Notes: generated by a model not told the origin, from the letters alone. Shown: positions 10,225-20,994, numbered from the stretch's first letter. The stretch: DNA of 64,000 nucleotides from an uncultured Acidimicrobiia bacterium (GCA_963786955.1 CAWBAT010000009.1:32001-96000); one strand, 5' to 3'. Program-made: numbers and translations.

Positions 10225-12252
10225 TTAAGGAACATACTGAAAGATTCCCTGGTTCTCAGTCAGCGCAAAAAACTTTCCGCTTTCACTGGGGTTCATCCAG
10301 ATCCCTAACGGGCGAATGGTCTCCAGTCCGCGGCTATCAAAGCGATTCCAAGTCTTGCCGGAATCGGTGGAATGGAACAGCTGGCTGTAACCACGAGAGA
10401 GCAAATACAGTTCTGAGGGGTCCGAAGGCGATACGATAATCTGATTGATCGGGATGTTCTGGAGTTCCCCGCCGGACAATTCCCAGCTCTTCCCGGCGTC
10501 TTGAGACGTGATCAAGCCGCGTGACGTTGCGGCCACAACTTGTACCGGGGACATTGGAACGAGAGCGATGTCGAGAGCTTTATAGTCTCCGATTTGGAGG
10601 TTACTCTTCTCCCAAACCTTCCCCTGATCCTGAGATAACAGGATGCCCTCTGCCGAAATCACTGCCATCCACTGCGGATCGGTAGGATGAAAGGCCACCT
10701 TGTAAACAGCATTCCTACTTCCGATGCCATTGATCTGTTGCCAATGTTTCCCTTGATCGGCACTCTCAAATAGACCTTCTGCAGTCGCTGCATACAGACT
10801 CGCCGGGGAAGATTTTGAGAAAGTCACTTCATAGATCTTTACGGCCGGAAGGCGCACGTAGCGGACCGGCGTTGGTTTTACATAGTGCTTGCTTAGTGTC
10901 TCCCGCTTCGATGGTGCTTGAGTCACAACGGGTGTGCTCTCCCCGGTTATCGAGCGCCAAGTCTTGCCGGCATCTTCAGATTGCAGCAACCCCTCATACG
11001 TGCCTGCAAACAGGACTTTAGGGTTGCTGGGTGAGATGGCCATGGAAATGACATTTCTTCCCTGCAATGCCGCTTGATTCGCACTGAGATTCCAGCTCTT
11101 TCCCTGATCGCGGCTGGAGAAAATCCCGCCAAAATCCCCGTCATAAAGGCTCGTGGCATACAAGACATCTCCTGCAATAAAGCGGCTCATGTTCCGGTTA
11201 ATAAAGCCTTCATTCATGGCACGAAAACGCACCCCCCCATCAGAACTCTTGAGGATGCCACTGCGATCGGTCGCCAGAAAAATAACATTGTGATCTCTAG
11301 GATCAATGGTCAATGAGTTGATGACATAGGGATAAAGATTGATCTTCAACCAAGAGAGCCCACCGTCGATGGATTTCCAGAGCCCCTGCGTCGTTCCAGC
11401 ATAAAGAATTTTCTCGTCAACAGGGTCCTGAAGGATGAGGTGGGTTCTGCGGTTCGTCACCGGAATCCCCGGCATCTTCACCCATTGTTCCCCCCTAGAG
11501 CTGCTCCGATAGATGCCGCTGCAGGCACTGGCATAGATGTGTTCCGGGTCCTTATGATCGACCGCAATGGAGAACATGTCCGAATCATCGATCATCCCCT
11601 GGTGAACCTGCTTCCAGCTCGCTCCCCCGTCCATAGTCCTCCACGGTAGATGAGGAGTCCCTGCATAAATGATATTCGGATTTTCCGGATCCAGCGCCAG
11701 AGAAACGACCCCCTTCAATTCAGGATGATTTTGCGGCGAAATCCGCTTCCATGTTGCCCCCGAATCCAGACTTCGAAAAACTCCCGTCAGCGTGCCCGCT
11801 ACCAACATCTCCGTGTTCTTGGGGTGCACCGCAAGCGAGAGCACTGGCCATTTCTCAGTCGCCTCCAGCAGAGCCCATGATTTCCCCCCATCCACAGTTT
11901 TATAGACGCCTCCAACACTGGTTGCGGCATTGGGAATGATGGAGTCTTCGGCAACTCCTAGGTAAAGAACCATCGGGTTTTTCGGGGTTAATACAATCGA
12001 ATTCAAGGCCGCGTTTTCCCCCAAAGTTAAGGGTAACAGCGTCCATTGCTGGGCGCCGTTCGAAGAATAATAAATCTTCCCGTTCTTCGTTGTAACCCAC
12101 ATCCTGTCCGGATTTGAGGGATCTAAAACAATCTTGAGGGCGTGCCCGCCAAAGGGGCCTTTGGGTACCCATTCGGCCAAGAGAGATCGACTAGAAGAAC
12201 CCGCCAACAAAAGCAGTAGTAAAGACAGCCCCAGACTCAATGGTTTTTTCAT
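10225..12252 (-). CDS. Secreted BNR/Asp-box repeat beta-propeller protein (VPS10/YCF48-like)
   Basis: Signal peptide and more than 10 SxDxGxxW repeats (e.g. TVDGGKSW, SLDSGATW, SIDGGLSW, STDSGKTW). Confidence 0.85.
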   Translation of the reverse strand: MKKPLSLGLSLLLLLLAGSSSRSLLAEWVPKGPFGGHALKIVLDPSNPDRMWVTTKNGKIYYSSNGAQQWTLLPLTLGENAALNSIVLTPKNPMVLYLGVAEDSIIPNAATSVGGVYKTVDGGKSWALLEATEKWPVLSLAVHPKNTEMLVAGTLTGVFRSLDSGATWKRISPQNHPELKGVVSLALDPENPNIIYAGTPHLPWRTMDGGASWKQVHQGMIDDSDMFSIAVDHKDPEHIYASACSGIYRSSSRGEQWVKMPGIPVTNRRTHLILQDPVDEKILYAGTTQGLWKSIDGGLSWLKINLYPYVINSLTIDPRDHNVIFLATDRSGILKSSDGGVRFRAMNEGFINRNMSRFIAGDVLYATSLYDGDFGGIFSSRDQGKSWNLSANQAALQGRNVISMAISPSNPKVLFAGTYEGLLQSEDAGKTWRSITGESTPVVTQAPSKRETLSKHYVKPTPVRYVRLPAVKIYEVTFSKSSPASLYAATAEGLFESADQGKHWQQINGIGSRNAVYKVAFHPTDPQWMAVISAEGILLSQDQGKVWEKSNLQIGDYKALDIALVPMSPVQVVAATSRGLITSQDAGKSWELSGGELQNIPINQIIVSPSDPSELYLLSRGYSQLFHSTDSGKTWNRFDSRGLETIRPLGIWMNPSESGKFFALTENQGIFQYVP

Positions 12253-12394
12253 GGAGTTTTCCGTTTCGGTAAATTTTTATGGATTGGGCAGGGACAGAAA
12301 CCTGTAGTCCGCGTGGACCTGCTGGCCCTTTTTGCCCTCATTGGTGATGGATCGGACGGGGATAAGCCTGACTTTAACAAATAAGCGGAGAAAT

Positions 12395-12422
12395 GGGGAT
12401 GCGGGAGTTCTCCCGCATCCCC
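12395..12422 (-). terminator. Strong hairpin, probable intrinsic terminator of the OmpA-like gene
   Basis: GGGGATGCGGGA-gttc-TCCCGCATCCCC perfect 12-bp stem ~20 nt after the stop at 12441; only a short U run follows. Confidence 0.7.
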
Positions 12423-12440
12423 CACTACTAAATGGCTAAA

Positions 12441-14247
12441 TTACTTCGGACACCCTTTCTTGCGGACTTCATTATCCGGAACGCGCTTAGCCCGGAGGAG
12501 ATGCCCACCAATGGAAGCACCTTTTTCAACCAGCCAGATCTCAACCCGACGATTCTTGGCTTTCTCGTCTGCTGAGGATACCGCATCTGACTTCTTTTCC
12601 TTCGTGCTGGCGTCGCAGATTGAGGACTTAAATTCACTCTCTTCTTCCGTCCCAACCCATGCTGCCAAGATGCGGTTTAGTTCGATATCTTTGCAGGTAT
12701 CTCCCTTGCCGATCAGGAAAGCAGCGGTATTGAGTGCACGTTGACGATCCAACGAAGTCGGTTTATTGCTCACCTTGCTTTTCTCCGAAGGATCGACATG
12801 GCCGACTAGAATGACATCGAATTCACGATATTTCGAATCCGTCATCTGAGCATAAAGCTCATTGGCCAGAATCCGCTTCGCGCAGTTGTTTACACGAGCA
12901 CTATTCTCCGCAAAGTTGATATCCGACAACTGAATGACCTTTAGTTTCTCCACGACCGGTGGTGGCGGAGCCTGATAGCAAACTGAAACTTCCTTCGTCG
13001 CGGTCGCCTTGCCACCTTTTTCATCTGAACAATCCATCGTGACCATCACTTTCTTGCACTGACGGTCCTGTGAATTCTCATTAAAGCTAATTCCAGTCGT
13101 GTCCAGAACCGCATTCGGTGTACCCTGCCCGCTCGCAATGCTCCCTTGATTGGAAGACCAGCGATAGGCTAACGCACCGGAACATTCGGAGCCAGCACAC
13201 GTCCCCGTCAACCGGACTTTGTCCCCTTTCTTGACTTCCGCACGATCGATCGAGATGGATGCCTGCGGGGCCTTGTATTCTTTCACCGTTATGCTAATGG
13301 TCCGGTCGGCAGCAGCTCCCGGATTCTTCTTGATCGCCTTGAGGTCTTGCTTGGTCAAACCCGCCGCGTTGTAAAATACATGCACCGCCACATCATACTG
13401 CCCCGCTTGCCCCGGTGCCGTAAACGTGTATTCCGGCCCTGTGGAAACTTCTTGCCCTTTCACCGTCCACTTGTAGGTGATCTTGTTGGCAGGAATCGAG
13501 TCGGTTGCCGAGATCCTCAGCGTGCTGGTTTCGCCCGGGCAAAGCGCGGCTTTGCTGGCTTCAATATTGGGGCCAACGTTAAACGTGTGAACGATAGGAG
13601 GCGCAATGTTCCCCAACATGAACATCAAGCCCAATTGAACTTGCGGGTTCCACAACCAACTAGCTTCCGATGGGTTGGGAAATCGAATGTCGGGGTCTTC
13701 TCAGAAAAGCACGGATACTGAGGTCTAACGCAACTCGCTCCGTAATCTTCCCTTGAACACCTCCGCCAAAGTTGCCCGCAAACTTGTTGCTCCCTTGGAG
13801 GTAGGGTTGGGTACTCGAATTTTGGGACTGAGCCGCGTCAGTGGGACGAAACATATTCACCCCAGCACCAACGCTCACGTAAGGCCGAACTCGTGCATCT
13901 CTTTCGTAACCATACCAGTTGGCGTTGCCATAGAACTCATTCATTCGAGTCCCATAGTATTCCGGGCCATTACGGATGTTGTTGTTACCGTAGGCTATGG
14001 ACTGCTCCAAACCGAAATGATCGGTAAACATTTCTCGGAACCGAACACCAACTCTACCACCCGGTATGAACTTGTACGGTATAAGCGTATTGGGAGTCGG
14101 ATATGACGTACGGAAATTGCTGCCATAATACCAAGACCCGCCGCCGAATACACCGATCTGCGCTTTTTCTTGTGCCACCAGTGTCAAACTGGCGCCCAAG
14201 AGACAACTGCTGATGATCATCACTTTTAACAGCCACCTTGCTCGCAT
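12441..14247 (-). CDS. OmpA-family outer membrane protein (beta-barrel + Ig/PKD-like domains + OmpA-like C domain), split by a frameshift near 13660-13710
   Basis: ORF 13660-14247 has a signal peptide and barrel strands (RVRPYVSVGAG, FAGNFGGGVQ). ORF 12441-13655 starts with a terminal barrel strand (WNPQVQLGLMF), then Ig-like domains, a PPPP linker and OmpA motifs (INFAENSA, LVGHVD, RQRA, KNRRVEI). Confidence 0.8.
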
Positions 14248-14745
14248 CTAATGCCTCCATTTTGAAAAGTAGATAAATTGTAAAACGGTCCTGCACGTCA
14301 ACTGAACGAAAGACTGAGATCCTATTTGAAACTCATTGATGAAACACAAAAATCAATAAGGCCATACGATAAATATTGACGCCCCCTGCAATCAAGCGGA
14401 AGTTTATACCCTATTGGTAGTGTAAAACAAGCTCTTGCGTATTTTTTGTTCAAAAAATAAGGCTAAGGAAGAAGTCCGCGATTAGGACTCCCATTTGCTG
14501 TCCTCTTAACGAATCTATATACCACAATTAGAAGCTACTTATGCAACTTAAAAAACAGCAGGGTTTCGGAGAACATGATTGTCCTAAAAGCAAGAGAACG
14601 CCTTTGGACTTTTTCCAGGACTCTCCTTAGCCTTTTGAGTGACACTTCAATTGGTCCTGGTCTTGGACTTCAGGACATAACATGCTAGACTTAAGATGTT
14701 GGATTCAAAAGGAATGAGCCTAAAGGCTCCCCCCATCACAGATCC

Positions 14746-16866
14746 ATGAATTTTCTTAACCCGCTCTTTTTATTGGGCCTGACTACCCTCATTGGTCCCA
14801 TCCTCATCCATTTGATACGGAAAGACGATTCTCAAAAAATCCTGTTCAGCTCGATCATTTTTGTCAAGGCCGCACCGCTCAAATCCTGGAAACATCAAAC
14901 CGTGAGTAACTGGCCTCTCTTGCTTCTAAGGATCCTAGGGATTCTGCTCCTAATACTCGGATTTGCGAGACCCTATCTCACGTCCATGACCGCTCATTCT
15001 CTGCAGCTTCCTGGTTCACGATCCGTCGTTGTGCTTCTCGACAATTCATTCAGCATGCGTCTAGGGGACCATTTCGAAAAAGGGAAAGAGATTGCTGAGA
15101 AAATCATCAACGGCATTTCCGATCGCGACACCCTACAAATGGCCTTTTTCTCGGATACGGTCCAGGTTCTGAATCAGCCGGCACAGAAATCTAAAGACCT
15201 GTCATCAGAACTTGTGGGCGTCGGACCTAGCTTTCGAAAATCGGATTATGTTTCAAGCCTGCAATATGCTTCCCATCAGATGTTTTTGACCTCTGGTACA
15301 GCATCTAGGGAGCTTCACCTCATTAGCGACTTTCAGGAATCGGGCTGGAATCCTCACGGAGAGCTGCGTCTGAACGAAGGCGTACAGATCGTCCCTCATG
15401 ACGTTGCTGATTTACCGGTTGCCAACTTGTCAGTGAATTCTCCCCGCTATGAATTAGACTCAAATCGCGACGCTCATTTTTCAGTCCAGGTGGCATCTTG
15501 CGGAAAGCGCGATTCAGAAAGCATCACCATTAATCTGTTCTTAAACGAAAAGCTGGTCCAAGAACAAACCCTACTCCTCAAACCCGGCGAAGCCCGTTGG
15601 GTAGAATTTACCAAGGTGAGCCTACCGTCCGAAATTCGCTCGGGCAGGTTTTCGCTTCGTTCGAGTGACCAGCTTAAGGAAGATGACCAGTGCTATTTTA
15701 GTGTCAGTCCCCAGAAACCTTATCGAATTCTGATCCTCTCCGATCGGGTTCATCCGGACAATCTTTACCTAAGCAGTGCCCTTGCAGCCGGCACCGAGTC
15801 TGTATTCCAAATGGAGCTCTCCAATGCCGAGAGGGCTGTCGCTTCAGACTTGAGCCGTTATTCCGCCATCGTTCTGAACAACGTCTCCACGCTCCCATCC
15901 GCCTACCCTTCACTGTTGGAGTCCTACGTACAGCAAGGGGGAAAACTTTGGGTTATCTTAGGCAGCAGAACCGACATCCATTTCTTCAACTCAGCAATGT
16001 CACGATTGTTGCCTGCCACGTTGATGCGAAAGCAGACTTCTGATAAAAGAGCCGTGAAATGGCACGTCGCAAAAGTAGAGAACAGGCATCGAGCCTTTGA
16101 AATCTTTAGCCCCACTCATCTTTCACAATTCAGATCGATTTCCTTCTCGGGACGCATTCTATGTCAGCCAAGGGAAGGAACTCAGGCACTAGCCTCATTT
16201 GACGATGGGCAGCCTTTGCTCCTGGAAACAACTATCGGGAAAGGTTCCTCCTGGTTGTACTGCTCCTCAGTCCATCCCGACTGGAGCGATTTCCCTTTCG
16301 ATCCGCTCTTCGTTCCCTTTGTCCAGCAAATAGCCAGGGATCTCATCAACATCAATGATGCCAAAAAATCCTACTCGGTTGGGGATAGCCTCCCTTTAGC
16401 ATTGCTCAACCCTCAGTTCATGAAGGGAATCTCCCTTATCGCAGCGCTCACAGATTCATTTACTCACAATTGGAAAGTCATCAGCCCTTCAGGGAAGCCC
16501 ATTGACCTCAAGGGAAAAAGTCTGGATTCATTTTTGACCGTCGAAGAACAGGGGTTCTATGCAACAAGAGTTCAGAACGTTGATCACATCGTTGCCGTCA
16601 ACATTGATCCCGGAGAATCAAAATTGGAAGCCTTTGACCCAAACGTCCGTTTTGCTGCGTTACAGAGATCCGGCGGGGGGCGCATGGGTTCCGGGGTAAC
16701 GGGTCGAGGACTTCGTGAAGACCCACTTCAAGTCGAGGGTCGACAAGGAATAGGGCCTATCCTCTTGGCACTCGCTCTAGTGGTATTTATCATGGAGAGC
16801 TTATTGTCCTATCATTTCGATCAACGAAGAATTAGATCCCACGTCGGAATACGAGGAGAAAGGTAA
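14746..16866 (+). CDS. BatA N-terminal domain + vWA domain membrane protein
   Basis: MNFLNPLFLLGL...PILIHL...F-SS...LLLLR...FARP BatA signature; MIDAS VLLDNSFSM; LISDFQ; GATase-like central part; C-terminal TM. Confidence 0.88.
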   Translation: MNFLNPLFLLGLTTLIGPILIHLIRKDDSQKILFSSIIFVKAAPLKSWKHQTVSNWPLLLLRILGILLLILGFARPYLTSMTAHSLQLPGSRSVVVLLDNSFSMRLGDHFEKGKEIAEKIINGISDRDTLQMAFFSDTVQVLNQPAQKSKDLSSELVGVGPSFRKSDYVSSLQYASHQMFLTSGTASRELHLISDFQESGWNPHGELRLNEGVQIVPHDVADLPVANLSVNSPRYELDSNRDAHFSVQVASCGKRDSESITINLFLNEKLVQEQTLLLKPGEARWVEFTKVSLPSEIRSGRFSLRSSDQLKEDDQCYFSVSPQKPYRILILSDRVHPDNLYLSSALAAGTESVFQMELSNAERAVASDLSRYSAIVLNNVSTLPSAYPSLLESYVQQGGKLWVILGSRTDIHFFNSAMSRLLPATLMRKQTSDKRAVKWHVAKVENRHRAFEIFSPTHLSQFRSISFSGRILCQPREGTQALASFDDGQPLLLETTIGKGSSWLYCSSVHPDWSDFPFDPLFVPFVQQIARDLININDAKKSYSVGDSLPLALLNPQFMKGISLIAALTDSFTHNWKVISPSGKPIDLKGKSLDSFLTVEEQGFYATRVQNVDHIVAVNIDPGESKLEAFDPNVRFAALQRSGGGRMGSGVTGRGLREDPLQVEGRQGIGPILLALALVVFIMESLLSYHFDQRRIRSHVGIRGER

Positions 16867-16873
16867 GAAGCCT

Positions 16874-19800
16874 ATGGAGAGACTTCGTTTCTCCTCATTA
16901 GGAAAGCAAGGCTTAGCACCCGGCCAGACTCTTGGATACTCGCGTATCCTGCGGGAGATCGATGTCGTCAGGCGAAAGCTTAAGCTGATTCAAGCCACTC
17001 GAGGACTCGCTCTCTTCCTTGGGATATCGCTTCCATTCTGGGCCTTGACTGTAATCACTGTTGATCATTGGAATTACACCCGGAACATTCTCACTTTTTC
17101 TCGAATTGCCTTCTTACTTATCCTGTTCGTCCTATTTACCTATTTCCTGCTCCGCCCTTGGTTCGAACAAATCACAAGACAAAAGGTCGCACGATATATT
17201 GAGGAAAGGCATCCAGAGCTTAAGGATCGACTCGTGAGCGTTGTTGAAATTGGCGGAAATGGAGCCCGAGGAGACTTCTCGAATCCTTTTTTCCCGTTAC
17301 TACTCCGCGATGCACTGGAAAGCTGTCAAAAGATCGAAGCGCGGTCTTTGTTTAGCCGCAACGCTTTATGGCTTCCGGCTTCAGTGGCAGGTTTGTTGAT
17401 CTTCGGATTTGCCGCAACTCTTTCTTTCGGGCCAAATTATCTGCGCCACGCTACGCTCAGGCTGTATATGCCTTGGTGGCTTGAGAATGCTCCTCCTCTT
17501 TACAGTATCCACGTCAGCCCCGGAACAGTTGAATTACCCAAGGGCTCCGAGTTGCTCGTCACCGCCAGCCTGATTGGATTAGACAGGTCCGAAGCCTTTC
17601 TCTTCTCACGACACGAGAACACACCGGACTGGGAAAAGCGGCGAATGGAGCCGGAAAAGGCTTCGAATGCATTTAGGTTTCTCTTTCTAGACTTGAACGA
17701 GGATCTTCGATACTACGTGCGGAGCGGGACATTACAATCCGAGGAGTTTTCAATTACGACCCTGGAGCAGCCGCGTGTGAAGCAAATTGATGTGACTTAT
17801 CATTACCCAGCTTACACCGGTCTCCCAGTCCGTACCGAAGAAGATGCCGGTGAAATTGCAGGGATCCGAGGGACTCACGTTACTCTGTCGATCCATCTCG
17901 GTCGCGACTTATCAGGCGGCAGCATCTTGATGCAAGATGGCACACGATTACCGCTGGCAAAGAATGGATCCCATCATTTGGAGGGAAGTTTTCAACTTTT
18001 AAAGGATTCTTCATGTCGAATCCAGTGGCTCGATCCAAGCCGTAACTTCCTCACAGCTTCAAACGAATACCCCATTAAAGTGCTGGATGACCAGCCTCCA
18101 TTGGTATCCTTCCAAAAGCCGGGTCGGGACAAGAAAGTGACCCAATTGGAGGAGGTCGTGACAGAAGTAAAGGCCGCCGACGACTTCGGCATTCGTTCAT
18201 TAGCGCTTCACTTTTCAGTCAATGGAGGGAAGGAAAATGTGGTCCCGCTCTTTGGGGATAACTCTTTCTCGACACATGGGCCTGCCGATCCAGAGGAAGA
18301 AAGCCCTATCGATCATTCGAAGGCATGGCCCTCGCCTGGAATCAAACCCTCCCGTTCGATGGCGGCAACGCATACTTTTTTTCTAGAAGAATTCAAACTC
18401 GAGCCGGGGGACTTGATTTCTTATTTTGCCACGGCCTCTGATGTGCGATCTTTGACGACCTCCGACATTTATTTTCTCGAGATTCGTCCTTTCGGAAAGC
18501 AATATTCCCAACATCAAGTCTCCCAAGGATCAGAAGCAGACGCTTCGGCTGCCGACACGGTGCTATCGATTCGCCAGAAAGAAATCCTGGCCGCAACCTG
18601 GCGCCTCATTCGAGACCGTAAGACTTTTCGGGAAGACGAATACCAAAGCAATCTAAAGCTCGTGACAGCCCAACAATACAAATTGCAACAACAAACCCAG
18701 ACGCTCTCAGAAAGAATTCAACGGCGAGCGCTCACCATCAGGGACAAAGACATCCAGAAGCTGTCCGAAAACTTGATCAAGGCAATCGCGTCCATGTCCC
18801 CTGCCGAGGGATTTCTGTCGGCAGGAAAACCAGCGGAAGCGGTGAGCCCCGAACAGGTTTCCCTTCAATACCTGCTGCGGGCCGAAGCTTATTACAAGCA
18901 AGTGCAAGTGGCCTATGGAAAGATTTCGGGTCCACAAGCCGAGAACTTGGGCGCCCAAGAACTCGAGAATCTCTTCGAACTTGAGCTAGACAAGCTCAAG
19001 AACCAATTTGAAACACAGCGGCCGCGCGGTTCGAACTTCAACAAGAAAGAACTCGATGAAGCCCTTCACAAATTGCAAGAATTAGCGCAGCGTCAGCAGC
19101 AGCTCTTGGAGCACAAGAAAAGACAACTCGGGCCGCAGACGACTGATTCTGCCCATAACACCAGCTCAGATCTTCAGGCCATTGAGCAGGAAGCCGAGAA
19201 ACTCGCCCGGCAACTGGAACGATTGTCACGGGAAATGCAAGACCCCGCGTTAGATCGTGCCAGCCAGCAGATGCGACAAGCCACACAGGATCTTCGCACA
19301 TCGGAAGGGCCTTCTCCTCGCCAAGGCTCGGAGAACCGCGGGCTACAGGCCTTGAGCCGGATGAATGAGGTTCAGCAGCTCCTCGACCGCAAATTAAATG
19401 GAAGCCTCAAGCAAGAAGTCGAGCACCTAAGAAACAGTGCCCAGAATCTCAGCGGGCGACAGGAACATGTCCAGCAGGCTTTGGATTCCCTGGAAAGACA
19501 GTCCACCGCCATGGCGCCCGATTCCTCTTTTTCCGAAAGGAACAAACCGGGTGAGCCCTTATCGCAAGAAAAACAACAAATTCTCCGAGAGAAGCATGAG
19601 CTGGCTCAGTCGGCGGTGAGGATGGAGCAAGAACTCCGGGATGCAGCGCGAAAGGCAGCGAATGAACAAAAGGCACTTTCTCAGAAGCTTCAGGCAGCGG
19701 CAAAGTTTCTTCGTGAGAGTCGACTCGAAGAAAACGTCCGGCAGAGCGGCCGTCTTATTTCGAGCAACTTATTTAGAATGGCCCAACAGGCTGAAAAACA

Positions 19801-20698
19801 GAACCTTCAAACCTTGAAAGATCTGCAACAACGCCTCGAATCAGCCGAGAAATCGCTGGTCACTTATCGAGAGAAGAGTCGAATAGACCGCTTAAGCGAA
19901 GCGCTCAATCGAACTGAAGACCTGGTTGCGGAGCTGGAATCCCTCTCACGTCGAATTCAGGAAATGCAACAAACTTCACCCGGACAGACGATAACAGCCC
20001 CAAAGGTTTCCATAAATAAAGGAGAGAAGACACCGGAAACCTTATCTTATTCTGGTGAAGGGCAATCGAAACCAAGGGAACCCGTTGAAGAACTTTCAAT
20101 GTCACAAAGCCCTGGAGAAGGGAAATTTAGCCCAACGACTCCCTCCCAGTCTCAGGGCGAGAATTCTGTGAATCCGAACGGACAACCTGGAAAGCATACG
20201 AGGCCGGACAGGCATGAAACGCGAGCATCCACAGTAGAATCTCGAGTCAATGAAACAGGAGAAAGAGAATACCAACCTTACAGAAACAAACCTACTGGTG
20301 ATGCCGCTCTAGATTTTGGGGGCATCCAACTCCTTCCGCCGTTCCCGCGCGGCGATGACAGGCTCAAGCAAATGGCACGAGAATGGGCCATACGAATCCA
20401 GGAAGCCCAGGATTTGTCCAAACATTTGCAGGGGGAAGACGAACTTGCGCACCAACTTAGAAACATGATTGACCGCCTGCACCAAATGGGAAACCTGAAA
20501 TTTCCATCGAATGCAAAGGAATTGGACAAACTCAATTCGAGCGTCATCGACGGTTTACATGAAATCGAGCTGCATCTGAGCAGGGATCTTCAAACGTTGC
20601 TCATGAAAGATAGCTTTCGATTCTCTAAAGACGATGATGTTCCCCTCCCGTACCGAATCTCCGTGGAAGAATATTACAAGGCGCTATCCAAGAAATAA
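16874..20698 (+). CDS. Large membrane-anchored Ig-like + coiled-coil protein (DUF4175-like)
   Basis: Three N-terminal TMs, ARYIEERHPELKDRLVS, YPAYTGL, DQPP, ADDFGI, PGDLISY, Q/E-rich coiled coils, C-terminal YRISVEEYYKALS. Confidence 0.75.
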   Translation: MERLRFSSLGKQGLAPGQTLGYSRILREIDVVRRKLKLIQATRGLALFLGISLPFWALTVITVDHWNYTRNILTFSRIAFLLILFVLFTYFLLRPWFEQITRQKVARYIEERHPELKDRLVSVVEIGGNGARGDFSNPFFPLLLRDALESCQKIEARSLFSRNALWLPASVAGLLIFGFAATLSFGPNYLRHATLRLYMPWWLENAPPLYSIHVSPGTVELPKGSELLVTASLIGLDRSEAFLFSRHENTPDWEKRRMEPEKASNAFRFLFLDLNEDLRYYVRSGTLQSEEFSITTLEQPRVKQIDVTYHYPAYTGLPVRTEEDAGEIAGIRGTHVTLSIHLGRDLSGGSILMQDGTRLPLAKNGSHHLEGSFQLLKDSSCRIQWLDPSRNFLTASNEYPIKVLDDQPPLVSFQKPGRDKKVTQLEEVVTEVKAADDFGIRSLALHFSVNGGKENVVPLFGDNSFSTHGPADPEEESPIDHSKAWPSPGIKPSRSMAATHTFFLEEFKLEPGDLISYFATASDVRSLTTSDIYFLEIRPFGKQYSQHQVSQGSEADASAADTVLSIRQKEILAATWRLIRDRKTFREDEYQSNLKLVTAQQYKLQQQTQTLSERIQRRALTIRDKDIQKLSENLIKAIASMSPAEGFLSAGKPAEAVSPEQVSLQYLLRAEAYYKQVQVAYGKISGPQAENLGAQELENLFELELDKLKNQFETQRPRGSNFNKKELDEALHKLQELAQRQQQLLEHKKRQLGPQTTDSAHNTSSDLQAIEQEAEKLARQLERLSREMQDPALDRASQQMRQATQDLRTSEGPSPRQGSENRGLQALSRMNEVQQLLDRKLNGSLKQEVEHLRNSAQNLSGRQEHVQQALDSLERQSTAMAPDSSFSERNKPGEPLSQEKQQILREKHELAQSAVRMEQELRDAARKAANEQKALSQKLQAAAKFLRESRLEENVRQSGRLISSNLFRMAQQAEKQNLQTLKDLQQRLESAEKSLVTYREKSRIDRLSEALNRTEDLVAELESLSRRIQEMQQTSPGQTITAPKVSINKGEKTPETLSYSGEGQSKPREPVEELSMSQSPGEGKFSPTTPSQSQGENSVNPNGQPGKHTRPDRHETRASTVESRVNETGEREYQPYRNKPTGDAALDFGGIQLLPPFPRGDDRLKQMAREWAIRIQEAQDLSKHLQGEDELAHQLRNMIDRLHQMGNLKFPSNAKELDKLNSSVIDGLHEIELHLSRDLQTLLMKDSFRFSKDDDVPLPYRISVEEYYKALSKK

Positions 20699-20965
20699 AT
20701 TCTCCGCCTGACTCTACTGTATCCATAATCGTAAGTCGAAGACCATACACCTTAAGTCCGGCCGATGCCGCCACACTTCATCCTTTTGGAGTATCTCGCA
20801 TCACAGGTTCCATTTGTCACAGTCGGAAAACACTCGTGTGATTTGCAACTTTTCTCGCCAGAAGTGGTTCCGACCTGAATTCACACTTGAAATCCAATTG
20901 AGGCTGGGGAACCGTTGAGGACTTCTGCTTGAAAATCTCCGACTGTTCCCATGCCACTAAAGTGG

Positions 20966-20994
20966 TTGACAGGGGAGAAGAATTGTCATACTGT
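20966..20994 (+). promoter_or_regulatory. sigma70-type promoter of the sigma-factor gene
   Basis: TTGACA (20966-71), 17 bp spacer, TACTGT (20989-94). Confidence 0.5.

Noticed and set aside
13701-13703. In-frame TGA upstream of the OmpA C-terminal ORF as selenocysteine
   Set aside because: The N-terminal barrel is in a different frame, so a frameshift rather than readthrough is needed.
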